Position numbers and translations under genes: made by a program. A stretch of DNA of 64,000 bases from a virus (lineage: Duplodnaviria; Caudoviricetes), in IMG/VR virus record IMGVR_UViG_3300037507_003370, positions 64,001 to 128,000 of that record; one strand, 5' to 3'. Position 1 is the stretch's first letter; every line of letters begins with the position of its first letter. The notes below the pieces were generated by a model that was given only the letters and a program-made list of their open reading frames with translations, searched no databases and was not told the origin of the DNA. Below, one piece after another: positions 13,059-24,700 of the stretch.

Positions 13059-16000
13059 ATGATCAAACAATATATTGAAAATAATTTACAACTTATAGAA
13101 TATAATGGACAAAATTTACCATTATCTTTTTCTCATATTGCTTTAAACTCTAATAAATCAGGCCTAGTAGTTCAAACATCAACAGGAAATGTAACAGTTA
13201 ATGAAGGAACAATGGTCTGGGTCAATAATGTTGGTCCATACCTAGTTAAAGATGGTCCTTGGATTTTTGTTGAATCTTTAGCATCGTTATTTCAAAAATC
13301 ATCTAAAATATATACAACAGATAATAATGGAAATTATTCAATAACATCTTTAAAAAATATTAATGATCAGTTTAATCAAATAAAAACTTTAGAAAAAAAT
13401 AATGGATATATACTTGTTTCAAATAATATTCCTTATCATTTTTATGACCAAGATGCTAATGCTCTAAGCGATGCTGATGTTGCAGAGAAGGTTTTCTTTG
13501 ATGTTTATAAATGTTCTGCCGCGAATGGGATTAAGCCTGTTCATGACGATAAATTATCTAAATTCATTAATCTAGACGGGATATTTACAGGATTCTGCAA
13601 CGATTATACCACCGCTTCTGCAAAAATATATGCTAATGCTATTAAATTGGATGCAAATAGAGATTATACAATTAAACTTTCTAGCGATAATAGTTTTGTG
13701 CAAATATCTAATCCTGAGATTCTTCTTTCAAATATATCTACTTCAGAATATTATTATTCTACTGATATAACTTTTAGAGGAAAGCTTGTTAATACTGTTT
13801 TTAATCTCACAATAGAATTATACATAGATCAAGAACTAATAGATTATGATAACTTGGCTGTATATATTGTGTGTCCTAAGCCTCCAGAACCCACACCAAA
13901 GCCAAGAAATCCTATCAAAGCTAATATAAGTATAGCAAATACATCAGGTGGTGGCGGCGGTGTGCCACTTATTACTCAATCACAGACCATGACGCCCACG
14001 GTAACACCAACATTTACTCCTACTCCCACAATAACGCCAAGTCCAACAGAAATACCAAGGCCGCCGATAGAAGCATTATCTTTTCCTAGCGCTCCTTATA
14101 ATATAAAAGCATTAAGTGGCAACGAAAGTTTAGAAATCACTTGGGAAGCTCCACTACAACCTAGAACAGCAATCACTAACTATACAGTATCATATGCGCC
14201 TAAAGGAGAAGAATCCGCTAATATAATATATATCCCAATAAGCACTGATAGAAAAACCATCTTAACATCTTTATTGAATAATGTAGAATACGAGATAAAG
14301 GTTGGCACAGTTACTGCAACTACTTCTAATTTTCCTTTCTGGTCGCCTTCACCAATATATGCTTCTCCTACAGAAAACCAAAGTGTTTCCGCAGCACCTA
14401 CTTTAGTTGCTTCTGAAAAGAATAAATTTATAGATCTCACATGGCAACCTCCTACGAATCTTATAACAGGAAATTCGTTATATCTACTAGAAGTAGATGG
14501 AATTATTATCAAAGAGTTATCCAGCTCATCGCCCAGAATGTTTGCGCTACAATCTCTGAATAATGACCAACAATATAAAATAAGAATTGGTATAGCAAAA
14601 TCACAATCAATATTGGGACAGCCAAATTTTGCGGATCCTGTATATTACTCTAATACGGTATATGTTACTCCAAGAGAAACGGGGGGTGTTAGTGTTAACG
14701 CCCCTAGAGACTTAAGTGTTCTTGGAGGAGACGGAACTCTTTATATTAGTTGGACCGCTCCACAAAATATCATATCAGGACATTCTTTTTATGCTGTTGC
14801 ATATAAAACTCCTGCCGGAGCATTCAAATATGTATATACTCCAATAAATATAACAGAAGTGAGCATAGCAAACATTAGGAATGCGCAATATGAAATTAAA
14901 GTTGGAACTGCTCCTGTTCAAACTTTTCAAAATTTTGAATCTACTATCTGGTCTCTTTCTACATATGGAACTCCCAAAACAGTACCCATACCCTATTCCG
15001 CTCCTGAATTAATTGCTTTCCCTGGTAATGAGACTATAAGAGTAGTATGGGACACGGGGGGATTTACTACGATAGCATATAGACCAAAAATAGAGGGTTC
15101 TGTTTGGTTATATCATGCTCTTGGCAGTGATACTAGTTATATTGGGATAGATAATATACCAGATCAATATCTAACAAATTTATCAAATAATATTGAGTAT
15201 GAAATAAAAATTGGAAGTAACGATACTCTACTACTTAGTGGGAGATGGCCTGTTCCAAATGGTGGTAATAGAGTTCCTCCACAAGATTTTGAGGCTGAAA
15301 ACTATTGGCTGGCCTCAATATCCTCAATGCCATCTAGTAACAAAAATCTTCCTGCAAGTCCTGTCATTAGGGATACCGCTTTTTCCAACAATACAGATTT
15401 TATTTCTCAGCCAGGAAATCAACACATTTACCTTATATGGAATCCTCCATACATTACAAGATATCTGCGAAATAAGCTTGATGATTACTATATAATAGCA
15501 TATAGATTAAATCAACCAGGAGCCACTTTTGCATATAAAATTATTCCTAGTAATCAAACTGAGTTTGGATATGGCACGCCTAACTCTTTTGGGTCACAAT
15601 TTGGGGGGGCAGGCTTATCAATACAATTTACTCTTGCTGACTTAGAAAATGATGAATATGAAATTAAAATTGGAGCGGGTAATTCTGTTATTTTTGATCA
15701 ACAAGAAATAAATGATTCTAATCTTACAGAAGATATAATCAAGGACTTGCAAGTTATATGGTCGAAAAACTATTTATTTACTACATCAAGCGATAAAACA
15801 ACTATGGCGAATATGACCATATCAAATATTAACGCAATAAATAATAAAATTTCATTAAAATTAAATATAGCAAGATCTAGCTGGAGGTATACAAATAAGG
15901 TAGTAATAGGAAACAATACTACATATGTTCCTATAGGAGTATGCATACTAGCATACAGAATAAAAGATACTAATAATTGGACATATCGCAGTATTCCGAC

Positions 16001-17444
16001 TAGTTCCATATCAACAACTACAGAAATAACATCTTTAGTGAATGATGTTACATACGAAATAAAGGTTGGAGAAGCTTTGAACGATACTTCAGAAGGGATT
16101 AATAATACCACTATCTGGTCGCCTATATATTATGCTACTCCTATTCAGGGAGAAGTTGTATCGCCAAGCGCCCCTAAAAATTTAACTGCCATTGTAAAAA
16201 ATCAAGCAGTAGAAATAAGCTGGACGCCTTCGTCAACTGCTAGAACACAAGATATCTACTATGTAGTACAATACAAACCAAATCAAGCAGGGGCCTCGTA
16301 TACATATGAATATTTTCATAACAGCGCTAGAGTAACAAAAACTATAATAAATCAACTACAAAATGACGTTGAATATTCGATCAGAGTAGGCACAATTTTT
16401 ACTGCTAGTAAATCTGCTATGGAAGCTATTCTTTGGTCAAGAACAATTACCGCAATTCCTAGTAGTTCTGCCCCAACAACTTCCGAATATGCTTATGATG
16501 TAGAGGTTGGTCCCACCTTTTTTAAAGATGAAATTTATTATACTATAGAGAATGGTAAATTAAAAATATCAAAAAACTTAGGAAGATCATTTATTACGTA
16601 TAATAATGCAGTTAAATTAACAAACCGTCCCGGACCATCAGAAGGAACAATTACAGATATTATAGACTTTTATCCAGCTCATAGCAGCTCTCCAGATCCT
16701 ACTAATAATGGTCTATACGACCCCGCGCCCACTGCAATAATTTCTACTATAAACGGTGGATTATATAGAATACAAAATTATAAAGATAATAATCAGGATC
16801 AATTAGTATTATATGACTATTACAGCGTACCTGTATCGTTAAGGAGCAATATTAATAAGACTAATCCTTATGTAGTACAGATTAATAACTCGGTATTCGC
16901 ATTGCTCGGTTATGATAAGTTGTCAGTAATACCAAGTTCTCTTGCTAGAAACTCTAATATTTTTACTAACAATTGGGATACTCTATCTTTAACAGAATCA
17001 GGGGAAAATAATGAGAATGTAAATAGTATATATGTTGAACCAATAACCAAAAAAATTTATGTGGCAACCAATGACGGATTATATGTATCTAATAATACTA
17101 TTACAGATTTGTCTATAAGTTTTACCAAAATTTATATTGGCATTGTTCGAGATGTATTTGTTGTAGATTCTAAAATTTATATTGCTACTGCTAATAATGC
17201 ATTCATGTCAGAAGACGGAGCAACCTGGACAAATATAAATGCTCCATTGAATGATTTATACAGAATTTGCGTTATGTACGATACTGTTTTTGTCCTTGGT
17301 ATCAATACTATTAATCAAATAATTCTTGTAATTTTAAATAACTCTATTTGGTCTAGTAAAATAATTGAAAATATTAATCAAATAACAGCATCAACTAATA
17401 TAGCAATAATTAGTATCAAACCATTTATTAAATACTCAGAATAG
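13059..17444 (+). CDS. Multi-FN3 fibre/decoration protein (1461 aa) with C-terminal beta-propeller-like region
   Basis: About seven FN3-like repeats (P..L.A......I.W..P.......Y.V.Y.......L.N..EY.IKVG). C-terminal [37 protein letters not shown] are BNR/propeller-like. N-terminus is paralogous to that of 5612..13045. Confidence 0.75.
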   Translation: MIKQYIENNLQLIEYNGQNLPLSFSHIALNSNKSGLVVQTSTGNVTVNEGTMVWVNNVGPYLVKDGPWIFVESLASLFQKSSKIYTTDNNGNYSITSLKNINDQFNQIKTLEKNNGYILVSNNIPYHFYDQDANALSDADVAEKVFFDVYKCSAANGIKPVHDDKLSKFINLDGIFTGFCNDYTTASAKIYANAIKLDANRDYTIKLSSDNSFVQISNPEILLSNISTSEYYYSTDITFRGKLVNTVFNLTIELYIDQELIDYDNLAVYIVCPKPPEPTPKPRNPIKANISIANTSGGGGGVPLITQSQTMTPTVTPTFTPTPTITPSPTEIPRPPIEALSFPSAPYNIKALSGNESLEITWEAPLQPRTAITNYTVSYAPKGEESANIIYIPISTDRKTILTSLLNNVEYEIKVGTVTATTSNFPFWSPSPIYASPTENQSVSAAPTLVASEKNKFIDLTWQPPTNLITGNSLYLLEVDGIIIKELSSSSPRMFALQSLNNDQQYKIRIGIAKSQSILGQPNFADPVYYSNTVYVTPRETGGVSVNAPRDLSVLGGDGTLYISWTAPQNIISGHSFYAVAYKTPAGAFKYVYTPINITEVSIANIRNAQYEIKVGTAPVQTFQNFESTIWSLSTYGTPKTVPIPYSAPELIAFPGNETIRVVWDTGGFTTIAYRPKIEGSVWLYHALGSDTSYIGIDNIPDQYLTNLSNNIEYEIKIGSNDTLLLSGRWPVPNGGNRVPPQDFEAENYWLASISSMPSSNKNLPASPVIRDTAFSNNTDFISQPGNQHIYLIWNPPYITRYLRNKLDDYYIIAYRLNQPGATFAYKIIPSNQTEFGYGTPNSFGSQFGGAGLSIQFTLADLENDEYEIKIGAGNSVIFDQQEINDSNLTEDIIKDLQVIWSKNYLFTTSSDKTTMANMTISNINAINNKISLKLNIARSSWRYTNKVVIGNNTTYVPIGVCILAYRIKDTNNWTYRSIPTSSISTTTEITSLVNDVTYEIKVGEALNDTSEGINNTTIWSPIYYATPIQGEVVSPSAPKNLTAIVKNQAVEISWTPSSTARTQDIYYVVQYKPNQAGASYTYEYFHNSARVTKTIINQLQNDVEYSIRVGTIFTASKSAMEAILWSRTITAIPSSSAPTTSEYAYDVEVGPTFFKDEIYYTIENGKLKISKNLGRSFITYNNAVKLTNRPGPSEGTITDIIDFYPAHSSSPDPTNNGLYDPAPTAIISTINGGLYRIQNYKDNNQDQLVLYDYYSVPVSLRSNINKTNPYVVQINNSVFALLGYDKLSVIPSSLARNSNIFTNNWDTLSLTESGENNENVNSIYVEPITKKIYVATNDGLYVSNNTITDLSISFTKIYIGIVRDVFVVDSKIYIATANNAFMSEDGATWTNINAPLNDLYRICVMYDTVFVLGINTINQIILVILNNSIWSSKIIENINQITASTNIAIISIKPFIKYSE

Positions 17445-17454
17445 AGAGTTAAAT

Positions 17455-18693
17455 ATGACAGATCAATGTAATTGCGACACAATTTTACCAAAAATAGATC
17501 CTACTAAAAGTCCAACGGCAACCAGCACACCTCCAGCTACACCACCAAGCACGGTGCCGCAAACTCCAACTCCTACAAAAACTCCTACTCGCACATTAAT
17601 ATTGCCAAGTGCTTCTCGTACTAACACTCCCACAAGAACAGCAACTAGCACATTTACTCCTACTAAAACGAAAACTAGCACACATACACCAACATCAACT
17701 AGTAAAAGAACACCAACTCCCACAAATACTCCAACAGTAACTCCTTCTGCCACTAAACTTTGCGGAGATATCAATTGTGTTCCTCCTTTAGTGTTAGATA
17801 TTAATGGTTGTGAATGTTCCACTCCCCCTGTTTTTCCTCCAGAACCACCAGTACCACCCAATCCTCCGACACTACCATGTGATAAAAAACTTCCAGATGG
17901 AACACCAGAAAAAATAACTGTGAATGGTTACGCTTTTTACAGGAAAACTATCTCTACGGTTAATATACCAGGATTAGGCCAAGTTCAATCAAAATGCGCA
18001 GGAGGACACGCTTGCGACAGAGCAGTATTTATTCCAAAATTAACTTTTAATAGTCAATCTTTTTCATCAACTCAAATTAGTTTAAACAATAGATCAACAG
18101 GAGACGATGTTTCTGCTACCTTTAATTTTTCAGACGTTCCATTAAATCTATTTAAGGAAGGCGCCTCTGTTGAGCTTTTTTGTAATCTATCTAATGGCCA
18201 GTGTCATGACGGAATTACATGGGTTGTTCTAACCACAACCATAAATGAACAAACAATCAAATTATTTGATAGTTGCGTGCTGCCTAATAAATCGACTAAA
18301 TTAAATTATGAGTGCTGTCCAACATGCGACGAAATGATTGCTAAGTTTTCTGGGAATAGTACCTTCGTTGGTTTGGGTCAATTAAACAATATAACTAAAC
18401 CTATGCAATGGACTAAAATGGGTAAAGATTGTTGGAGTAGCAATGTATCATTGAAAAATGCCTGCAATGAAGATGTGTCTATAGGATTTTTAGTATGCTG
18501 TGTTAATGATAAATTTGTAGTGACTGGTTCTTTGAGCATAGGGCTACCGGCAACGAAAATATGTGATCAAATTACTTTGGATTGCTTTCCTTCAAATGGC
18601 TCTTTACCGGTCTTTTCTTGCTGCTGGGATAATTTTAATACTTCTTGCCAGCCTAATTATTTCAGTTGTCCATTTTTTGAAGTCGTTCCTTAG
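17455..18693 (+). CDS. Cys-rich PT-stalk protein (412 aa), probable virion protein
   Basis: N-terminal PT tract, a polyproline segment, then a Cys-rich domain ([24 protein letters not shown]). Confidence 0.7.
   Translation: MTDQCNCDTILPKIDPTKSPTATSTPPATPPSTVPQTPTPTKTPTRTLILPSASRTNTPTRTATSTFTPTKTKTSTHTPTSTSKRTPTPTNTPTVTPSATKLCGDINCVPPLVLDINGCECSTPPVFPPEPPVPPNPPTLPCDKKLPDGTPEKITVNGYAFYRKTISTVNIPGLGQVQSKCAGGHACDRAVFIPKLTFNSQSFSSTQISLNNRSTGDDVSATFNFSDVPLNLFKEGASVELFCNLSNGQCHDGITWVVLTTTINEQTIKLFDSCVLPNKSTKLNYECCPTCDEMIAKFSGNSTFVGLGQLNNITKPMQWTKMGKDCWSSNVSLKNACNEDVSIGFLVCCVNDKFVVTGSLSIGLPATKICDQITLDCFPSNGSLPVFSCCWDNFNTSCQPNYFSCPFFEVVP
17500..17754 (+). repeat. Thr/Pro-rich coding tract
   Basis: TPTxT repeats. 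Confidence 0.95.
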
Positions 18694-18707
18694 TGTATAT
18701 TAATGTA
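18693..18707 (+). promoter_or_regulatory. Intergenic motif GTGTATATTAATGTA (second copy of the candidate late promoter/operator)
   Basis: Near-palindrome TATATTAATGTA preceded by GTG, similar to 4906-4920, upstream of the 2957-aa gene. Confidence 0.4.
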
Positions 18708-18750
18708 GGACCTATCATTTTATTAACAAATAACCAATATTGATCATTTT

Positions 18751-21700
18751 ATGCAAGAAACAGTAATTAATCAGGCTGACTGCCCCATAGAAGTAACTTT
18801 AGAAGCAACCATAGAAAATTTGGTAATTGGTAATTCGTATACATATGAATTCAGTCTTTTAAATAGTGGCACGGTGTCTTTTAAACCCAAAGCAGGAATG
18901 TTCATTGCCACGTCAGAATCACAAAAAATAAAAACATTTGCTCTAATACAAAGTAATGATCTTAAAAAATATCTTATACAATTAGTCATTCATGACGATG
19001 AATTGAATCGTATTGGTAGAGAAATTTATTGTTTAAAAGTAATATCAAATAACTCTAAACCCGTTTGCACTCCGTCGAATTCTCCAACACCAACACAAAC
19101 ACCAATAAATATACAGCAATATTTATTATTGTCAAATTACGCAATCATAGACGATCTTAAAAACTATCCTGACTCCAATGACTTAGGAGCTGTAAATTAC
19201 CCATATGGTATAAGTAAAGCAGAAATAACAGTTGGCGAATGGATGGAATTTTTAAATGCTGTGGCTTTTTATGATGATCCATATCAGTTATGGAAACCTG
19301 AAATGGCATCAGATATTAAATGTGGTATTGTTAAAAAATTTGATGGCAATTATAATTGTTACTCATTATTAACTTGCGAAGACACCAATGCAGACGGAAA
19401 TGTTGACGTTTTGGATATTAGCAATGTATTAGCCGGAGAGTCAATCGGAGGATGTTACTATTATCCCGGTATTAAAAATAGCGCTATAGGATATTTAACA
19501 TGGTTTGATATTGCGAGATATTGCAACTGGTTGCATAACGATAAAAAAAGAGGCTATCCAGACTCTACTACAACAGAGGATGGGGCATATTCTTTATATG
19601 GAACTATGGACACTCCGATTCCTAAGAATGCTAATGCTAAATTTTGGATTCCAACAGAAGACGAATGGTACAAAGCTGCGTATTATGACGGTAAAAATGA
19701 TAAATATTGGAGATATGGAACACGATCAGACAATATTCCTGGATTCGATCTAGATGAAATCAGGGATTATGACAATGATGGTCAAATAAATGATGCTGAT
19801 CAAATAATACTGAACAATAAAAGTAATTTTGTATATGCATATGGCCATCTATTATCAGACAGCTCTTTACCGCAAGACTTTGAGACAATTAATGAATTAT
19901 TATCGTTAATTAATCAAGCTCCAATAAATACTAAACCATATTCTTTAGTAGATCTTATATATTCTAATACTAAAACAGTCATTAATTTGCAATCAAATAC
20001 AACTAACGATTATTGGATTGTTAATTGGGATCCTAATTTACCAACATTAACAAAAATAGATTTATTGAATAATAACAATATTGCAAATTGGAATAGTTCA
20101 CAAATCAAATCTTATGATGTAGGCTCTTACTACGGCGTTAAAGATGTTGCGGGCGGAGTCAAGGAGTGGACATCAACACCAGATACAAGAGATGTTCAAT
20201 TAAAATCAAAATATTTTATAAGACAAGGATCATTCACTGATAATCATATTACGTTAACAAATCTAAATAAAGACACCAAACAGTCTTATGATATTACATC
20301 ATATAGATCAGACTTGGGTGGTAGAATAGCTATTAATTATAACTTATTGGTAAAGTTCCCATTAAGAGTATATTGCGTTTCTAGTGCTTTTAGAATGAAG
20401 AACCCAGAAAATAACGAAATCAAAGATTTTTGGGCTGGATATTATGATGGAGTGAAAAAGGATGAGCCATTTTTAATAGACACAATAGATCCTAACAACG
20501 GAACTGGATTTAGAGTTAATTCTTATTTTGATTATAAAACAAATATTGATCATACAATATATAATAGCCCATATAAAAACTTGATTTATTCTACTCTAGA
20601 ATTGGCTATGATAGACGGAGAGAACAGGGTCGTTGCTTATGCTACTACAAGTAACACTGATTTTGACAATCCAACTAGAAATGGTTGCGGATATAGTTGT
20701 GGTATAGTTTTTGGAGAATTACCAGGAGAAAAAGGTACCCCAATATCTAATATATGGATATTGGGTGGAAAAGTTTCTAAATCATATAATATATTTAGTA
20801 ATATTAAAGCATATGATTATATTCCTGAAACTCTTATAACGACTCCAACACCAACTCCTACAATTACTGTAACTTCTAGCATAACGAATACTCCAACACC
20901 AACAGTAACACAGACTAGAACTCCAACTCAAACTTTTACTAAAACTCCAACACAGACTAGAACTCCAACAAAAACAGCAAGAGCAACAGTTACTCCAACT
21001 AAAACACCAACACAAACTCCAACTCCATCTTTTACATCCACACCAACACAAACCCCAACACTAACACAGACCAAAACTCCATCAGAAACAGCAACAGCAA
21101 CAGTTACTCCTAGTATCACAGCAACAAATACTACTACTCCAACTAATACTCCAACTAATACAGAGACACCGACTAAAACTCCGACGCTTACTCCCACTGC
21201 TACCAATACACAAACTCCTACTAATACTATAACTCGCACACCAAGGCCAACACCCACACCAACTAGTTTTATATCTAATCTTATTGCTTGGGGAGATAAC
21301 TATTATAGTCAATTAAGTTTTGCTGGATTAACTGAGTCATTCTTGGATCCTCCTAGATTAGCTGATCAAAGCAATAATGCATATGATAATTATGATAATA
21401 TCTTAAAGTATACTAATTTAGATAATCGTTCATGTGTTATATTTGATGCTGTGTCAGTAGGAGCTAATTTTAGTCTTGGTATAGACTCTTTTGGAAAATT
21501 ACATAGCGTTGGCAATAATCAGTGGGGTCAATTAGGATTAGGTAATTATGATACTAAGAGAAATTTTACATCAATATCGTCAACTCCTAGTGAAACTAGA
21601 TTCCAAGAGGTAAGCGCTGGATTGTTTCACGGAGCTGCTATAGATCAAAATGGAGATTTATGGACATGGGGAAGAAATTCTGATGGACAATTAGGTAACC

Positions 21701-24700
21701 ATTATTTACCAAGACCAATACATTTAATTTCAAATGCTGATGACGAAACTAAAATATATGTTATAAATATTCCAGGAGATGTATCTTCTGAATATTCAAA
21801 CCAAGATCAACTAATAATTGATTATTACAATGGTAAAAATAATATTACAGACACAAGCGCCATGGTTTTCTATGATCCAGTGGTACAGTCTATAGGTGGT
21901 CAAACCTATACAACCATAGGTATTTTGTGGGAAAATTATGCTGAGAATATGGACTTTTCTGTTATTCCCACGGTTCTTTCAAAAACCAAGAAGGATACAG
22001 ATCCGGGATTATTAGCAAAGGCTAATCCAAGTAAGATTAAAGTTTATAAAGAATACAGATATTGTATCGAAAAAGAATCATCTTTTTATGCTACAAAAAC
22101 ACCAACTTCGACACCAACGACAACCCCCACTAATACTTTAACTAGTACAATAACAAGCAGTCCAACAACAACTAATACTCAAACTCCAACTGCTACCCTT
22201 ACTCAAACTGTTACGAACACTAATACTCAAACCAATACATTATCTAAAACAGCAACAGCAACAGTTACTCCAACATTTACTCCAACCAGCACTAATACAC
22301 CCTCACCTTCTGCCACATCTTTGTTGACACCAACGCCAACAGCATCACCAACACCAACAAAGACATCAACACCAACTTTTACTTCTACTCCAACATTTAC
22401 TCAAACAGCCACTAATACTGCCACTATTACTGCCACAGTTACACAAACTAGGACCTCTACTCCTACAAATACATCCACAGTAACTGTTACTAGAACATCA
22501 ACTCCAACAAATACAGAAACTCCTACTACAACACCGACAACAACTCCTACTCCTACTGTAACCCAAACAAAACAATATTTTCCTGTATTTACAGTATATG
22601 GTAATATAACATCTATATTAAATAATAGTAACAAGCATTTATGTTTTGTAAATATTTATGATGATAACTCTTATCCAGCAGCACTACACAAAGTTAAGGT
22701 ATTGAATGTAGAATATAATAGCAATTTAGATATAAGCAAGATCACAGTAGATCATTCTATGATAAATGCTATTGATACTTCAAAATTAAAGTTTATTTCT
22801 ATCATCAGATTCACTTCTAGCGAAGTAAACTATGAATATCAAACCTTTAGTAAGGTATATGCTGGAGAAGCTCATACTCTAGCCTTAGATAGTTCTGGCA
22901 GACTATATGGCTGTGGAAGCAACAAGTATGGACAGCTTGGAATAGGATTGATCCAAGAAGTTGATGGTTCTGGAGAGGTAGTCACAGATAATGGTCGTCC
23001 AATAGTTAAAATAGGAATCATGAATAATATGGTTCTTGTTAATCCTCCAACAGGAAGAAGATATTGTTATAATAGAGGCTTTGGATGGAAGAAAATTTGT
23101 TTAGGAAGATTCCATACATTAGGACTTGATCATTATGGTCAAATCTGGTGCTGGGGAGATAATGGATTTGGTCAGATTGGACTCGGACCAACTAGCACAC
23201 AAATCAAAAAAGCAGTAATACTACAAGAAACATATCCTGCTGTTGGTAGTATCGTAGAAAAAGATGTTCCTAGCAGAACCAATACTACAATACCATATGC
23301 TCCATTGCCAGTTAGAGTGGTTGTATTACAAGATAATTATTCTGACTTTAGAAATAAAGAAGCAGAAACAGATATTTGGTTAGATATAGCTGCTGGAGGA
23401 TATCATAATCTAGCAATTAAGAAAGAATTCTCAGATATAACAGACTATGGCTCTATATGGGGTTGGGGAAATAATGATTTTAGACAACTATCAACAGTTA
23501 TTGGTTCGCCAAAAGTTATTACTGATGATCCAACAGTAGTAGAAATCGCACAGATAACTTTCGGAGCGATTAAAAATGACAATAGTAGAAACTATTGGAG
23601 AAGAGTATATGCTGGCAGAATCACATCCTATGCTATAAAATCATCAGCAGAGGGAGATATTGCTGCTCCAGGGTCCATGTGGTCTTGGGGAGAGAGCAAC
23701 AGAGGACAAACAGGAAATATAGCTTCTAGAGTAAATGTAATATCTACTATCCAAACCATACCCGGACTTGTGATTAATCCCAACTTACCAAATGGTAATT
23801 TCATAATTCCAACAAATATCAATGATACTAAGATCATAGGAATAGGACATCTATCAAACCATGTATTAATTGTAAATAATAGAAGTAATTTTATAGAACC
23901 ATTGGTATATAATATTTTCCCACAAACAACAGCAACTCCAACTAGCACACCAACCAGCAGTCCAACAGCTACTTTTGTGATTAATGCTACTCCTACGGCA
24001 ACAGCGAGTCCAACAGTTACTCCTACAAATACAAGAACTTCTACATTAACACCAACGCCAACTTTAACTAGTACATTAACAACCACCCCAACGCCAACAG
24101 TTACCCAGACACCCACCGCAACAAATTATTTGAATAACTTTTTCTCACTAAGTAGTGACCCAACAATTTCTATTAAAATAGATCAAACAGCAAAGAATGA
24201 ACTTATAAAAGCTCCAACTAATTGGCCATGGAGTATTCCCACTGAATATGGTGATCCTAACGACTATATTGTTCCAAACACATCCGTAGGAGCAAAAGAA
24301 ATAAACGCATGGAGACAAAGCTATAAAAATGTACAAATTATAATTTCATACAATAACCAAAAGTATACTGACGCTAATGTAAAAGGAAGAGTTAAGGGAT
24401 TTGGAACTTTTAGACCATATAATAGAAAATCTCCATTTAAGATTAAAACAAACTCTGTAACAATAAACGGATTATCTCCTCTTAAAACGCTTAATATAAA
24501 CAATATGTTACAGGATAACTCAAAAACAGCAGAACACTTATCGTATAAGATATTCCATGACTACAATAGTTACCTAACGCAACAATCTGCTCCGCAACCC
24601 TTCATGTTTGCTCCTAGAACTAATTTTACTAGAGTTTTCTTAAATGACTCTACTATACAAATAGTAAACAGGCACGGATCTTCACCAGCATTAATAACAA

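Noticed and set aside
17442-18750. Stop-codon reassignment (TAG read-through)
   Set aside because: ORFs of 4-9 kb are uninterrupted under code 11. Read-through of TAG at 17442 or 18691 hits another stop within a few codons.
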